From Marsupella aquatica (taxonomy: Eukaryota; Plantae; Marchantiophyta): DNA of 64,000 bases. The number at the start of each line of letters is the position of its first letter. The first letter of the stretch is position 1. The notes under the pieces were generated by a model. It searched no databases. It was not told where the DNA came from and saw only the letters and a program-made list of their open reading frames with translations. The position numbers and the translations under genes are program-made. Shown one piece after another: positions 61,191 to 64,000 of this stretch. Location of the stretch: NCBI GenBank assembly GCA_973895155.1, contig OZ316897.1:8889832-8953831 (forward strand). The letters run 5' to 3'.

Positions 61191-64000
61191 TGTGACCTTC
61201 AATAGCCCTAAGTCGGGCTAAGCTGATATACTTACTGGTATAACACTCGCATAATTCGTACTTGACATAGGTATATTTATTTTCCACCGCTGGAATATTC
61301 CCTCAGTTAGTGACGCGGACTAACTCCCGACTTGGGGCTTTTCAAGCCATCGACGTGACAGGACCTTGTGACATGCAATGAGTGGCAATCCCTACCATTA
61401 GTCCGCACCCGATACGTCCCTTAAAATGGCGCCTTTGCCCAGACAAAGCATACACACAACACCAGTTACTCTCAGAAACATTAGGGGGAAAAAGACTACA
61501 TTTACTCAGCAAAGCATCAGTTTACATGGTTGACTCGACTTCAAAGGGGGTCAGCAGGCCCAACGGCAGTCGATGCCCAGTCTCTACGAGGCCCTGCCTC
61601 GCACTTGCCCAGCAAGCTCGACTCTGGCTCTCACTCCTTGGTGCGCTCTGACCCTACTCAGGCCGGGACTCCCCGTGCCTCGCCTTTCTTCTGCTGAGAT
61701 AACTAAGCCTTCTCCCCCCTCTCCCATCACGGAAGGGGAAGCCTAAATACCCATAGCGGAAGAGAACCGGAGGATACTACCTTCCGGGGTACTACCTACT
61801 GACTAACTATCTGCTGACTACTGGTCGCACTGCACTGACCGGTTGACCGTCGACTACGAGTGTGCCAACCGGAATGGCAGCGGCCAAGCCTACTGACAAA
61901 CTCTAGTCCGTTGATGGACTCCATCCTACGTTGGCTGATCCTAACTGACCGGCCCTAATTCTTCCTACTACCGCTAATCGGCGCCTAATGACAGTCATTC
62001 TGTCGTTATGCCTAACCAAAAGATGCCGCTGACTTAACCGCCTCGTGCGGCGCCTGCTTCTACCCTTCACTAACCACCCCTTACGTGTGTGCAATGGTTG
62101 GACCAGGGCTGGTCCCCTTGTCGGGGCGAGACCTCGAGCCGCCTTGATTAGAGGTGGGCCCAGGTTTTCCCCGCTGGAGGACGAGCAGGGTGACGCGGTC
62201 CTACAAAGCCTTGTTGTCCCGTACTGCTTCCTCCGCCTCGTTTGCAGCTTCATCGGCTTCAGTCTGGAGCCGCGCCACCTCCAAGTTGAGCTGGTCGATG
62301 GCGTCGCGATGGACCTGGTCCTGCGCTAGCAATTTATCTCGTTCGGCGGAGAGACCAGCCACCTGCTGTGCTGCCTGCATGAATTGTTTGTTGAGCTCGG
62401 TCAGGCTGGTAACCCGAGCCGAAGATTCTGAGCGTAATTGAAGCACGGTGTCATCCAGCTTCTTGAGTTCGGCTTGCGCTCCGCTTAATTCCTGGGTTAG
62501 TCCGTCCCTCTGTTCGACAGTGCGGACTAAATCCTCACGGCGGGTCGTTGCCTCCTCCTCGAGGTGCTCTACCAGCATCTGGAGACGCCCGATCTCATTC
62601 CCCTTCGCCATGAGTTCTTCTTCCAAGCGGCTGACGATCCGTGGTTGGTGCTCTAACATGAAGAAGGCTGGCTGGAAGTACGCCGAGACTTGTTGTCCGA
62701 TGTATGTCGCCAGCTCCCCAGACATAGTCTGGCTAAACTTCTGGACCAGGTCGTAGGCCATGGTCCCCGGGGCTACTTGGTAGTCCTCCATCCTCTCGGG
62801 TACCGGTGGTTCCTCGGCAGGGGCAATGAGCTCCTCCGTAGTCAGCGCTGGGGAGGGGAAGGTTTCTTCAGGTGGTGGAGGGATTGGGGGTGGTTGTACT
62901 GCAAGTAGCGGAGGCTCAACGGAAGGAGGCGATGGAATTTCCACAGGGGGCGGTTGCGGAGTATTAGTCGGGGCTTCCGGCTTGGGGTTTGCCCAAGGGA
63001 CGGTAGTCCACGTAGTCGGGGTTGCCTCCTTTGGGGCGGGGGTGACATTACCCGGGGCTGAGGTGGCCATATTCTTTCCTCTGGCCTCCCGCCGTGCCTT
63101 GTACCAGGCGAGGATAATGGCGATATGACTTCCCAAGTAAGTCTTCCCTCCAATAGCCATACCACCCTGAGCCCGCTTCAGCTCCCCCGAGAATCTTTGG
63201 TAGAAGAATTGGGCCCAGTTTCGTCGTTTGCACTGTTCCACCTGCACGATCGTGCAGAGGGAAATCTCGGATCGTGGCTCAATCATGTGTAGGGTAGTCC
63301 GTATGAAGTTAAGTCGCTCCATACAGGTTAAGTTGGTGCACGCCCCCTGCTTGTATCCGTTGTCCGTCTTACCCTCGGGTTTGAAGTGCCGCGGCGTATA
63401 CTCCTTATCCCAAATTCGGATTTCCACCGGCACCGGCCCGGTTGGTAGGCAGAAAATTTGCGTTAACCGATGCTCCGTGAGTGATAAGGCCTGCCCCGAA
63501 ACCTTGGTGGTCAACGCATCAGTGTCAAAATTGGAGATGAACTCACAAATCTCCTTCGGCCAGGCGGCGCACGGCCTCCATAGCAAGTGGGCGAACCGCT
63601 CCAACTGATGCTCCTTGAGATAGTCAGCATGTTCGAGTTTCTTGATCGCGATCCAGACTACCTTGGGGACGCGGATTACCTGTAATAAGTTGGACTTCGG
63701 GTTATCCGGGGGCCGTCGGGTCTGGTTGGTCGGGGGGTTTGCCGGGGCAGGTGCAGGCGCGGCGTCGGTCCGTGTTGATTTGGAGGCCGTCGTAGTCCTT
63801 GGCCGCTTACAAGGACGCTGTTCGAGTTGTGAACTAGCTTGCTGGGAACCCAAAGAACACTCCGTGTTGATTACTGGACAGACTTGGGACTGGTTCGGCG
63901 GTACTCCGGTGGTCATCGGTTGAGGCACTGGGGTAGCCATATCCCAGTTGAAGGCGTTGGAGCTTTCCCCGAGGAACGTGAGATTATGCGCCGCTTCCCG
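61191..64000. mobile_element. G-family LTR-like unit inserted in the CACTA element (runs off the window)
   Basis: Starts TGTGACC; homologous to 47120-48965. Confidence 0.7.
62201..63940 (-). CDS. G-family accessory ORF (plant-transposon-protein-like domain, Pro-rich linker, coiled coil)
   Basis: 579-aa open frame. LERFAHLLW...EFISNFD...LSLTEHRLTQIFCLP...NGY...CTN aligns with the F1 ORF. Confidence 0.7.
   Translation of the reverse strand: MATPVPQPMTTGVPPNQSQVCPVINTECSLGSQQASSQLEQRPCKRPRTTTASKSTRTDAAPAPAPANPPTNQTRRPPDNPKSNLLQVIRVPKVVWIAIKKLEHADYLKEHQLERFAHLLWRPCAAWPKEICEFISNFDTDALTTKVSGQALSLTEHRLTQIFCLPTGPVPVEIRIWDKEYTPRHFKPEGKTDNGYKQGACTNLTCMERLNFIRTTLHMIEPRSEISLCTIVQVEQCKRRNWAQFFYQRFSGELKRAQGGMAIGGKTYLGSHIAIILAWYKARREARGKNMATSAPGNVTPAPKEATPTTWTTVPWANPKPEAPTNTPQPPPVEIPSPPSVEPPLLAVQPPPIPPPPEETFPSPALTTEELIAPAEEPPVPERMEDYQVAPGTMAYDLVQKFSQTMSGELATYIGQQVSAYFQPAFFMLEHQPRIVSRLEEELMAKGNEIGRLQMLVEHLEEEATTRREDLVRTVEQRDGLTQELSGAQAELKKLDDTVLQLRSESSARVTSLTELNKQFMQAAQQVAGLSAERDKLLAQDQVHRDAIDQLNLEVARLQTEADEAANEAEEAVRDNKAL

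Overview
Eukaryotic, intron-containing and TE-dense land-plant DNA; the alpha/beta-hydrolase-NB-ARC-LRR gene suggests a bryophyte, probably a liverwort (inference). One apparently intact host gene is present: a 5-exon hydrolase-NLR (30933-26637, minus strand), flanked by tandem duplicated blocks that include a truncated LRR copy. The rest is nested mobile DNA. The main discovery is an 11.8-kb cut-and-paste element (6451-18279) with ~28-bp TIRs and a 4-bp AAAT TSD, whose removal restores the interrupted host ORF in frame. It encodes a DUF7869/Sola1-like DDD transposase, a spliced ParB-like + beta-class N4C/N6A DNA methyltransferase fusion, an F-box-like ORF and orphan ORFs. Its non-coding parts carry about 20 copies of the palindrome CGATAAATTTATCG, amplified in several unrelated tandem repeats. 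A large CACTA element (from 49422) carries a stand-alone EDM2-type PHD module, a tandem BRCT ORF and another F-box-like ORF, and its left end coincides with the breakpoint of a 3.45-kb inversion. Also present are several 2-4.7 kb TG...CA LTR-like units (most containing ORFs), a foldback MITE, and Sola2, LINE and SINE fragments. All domain calls come from motifs recognised by eye; no database searches were run.
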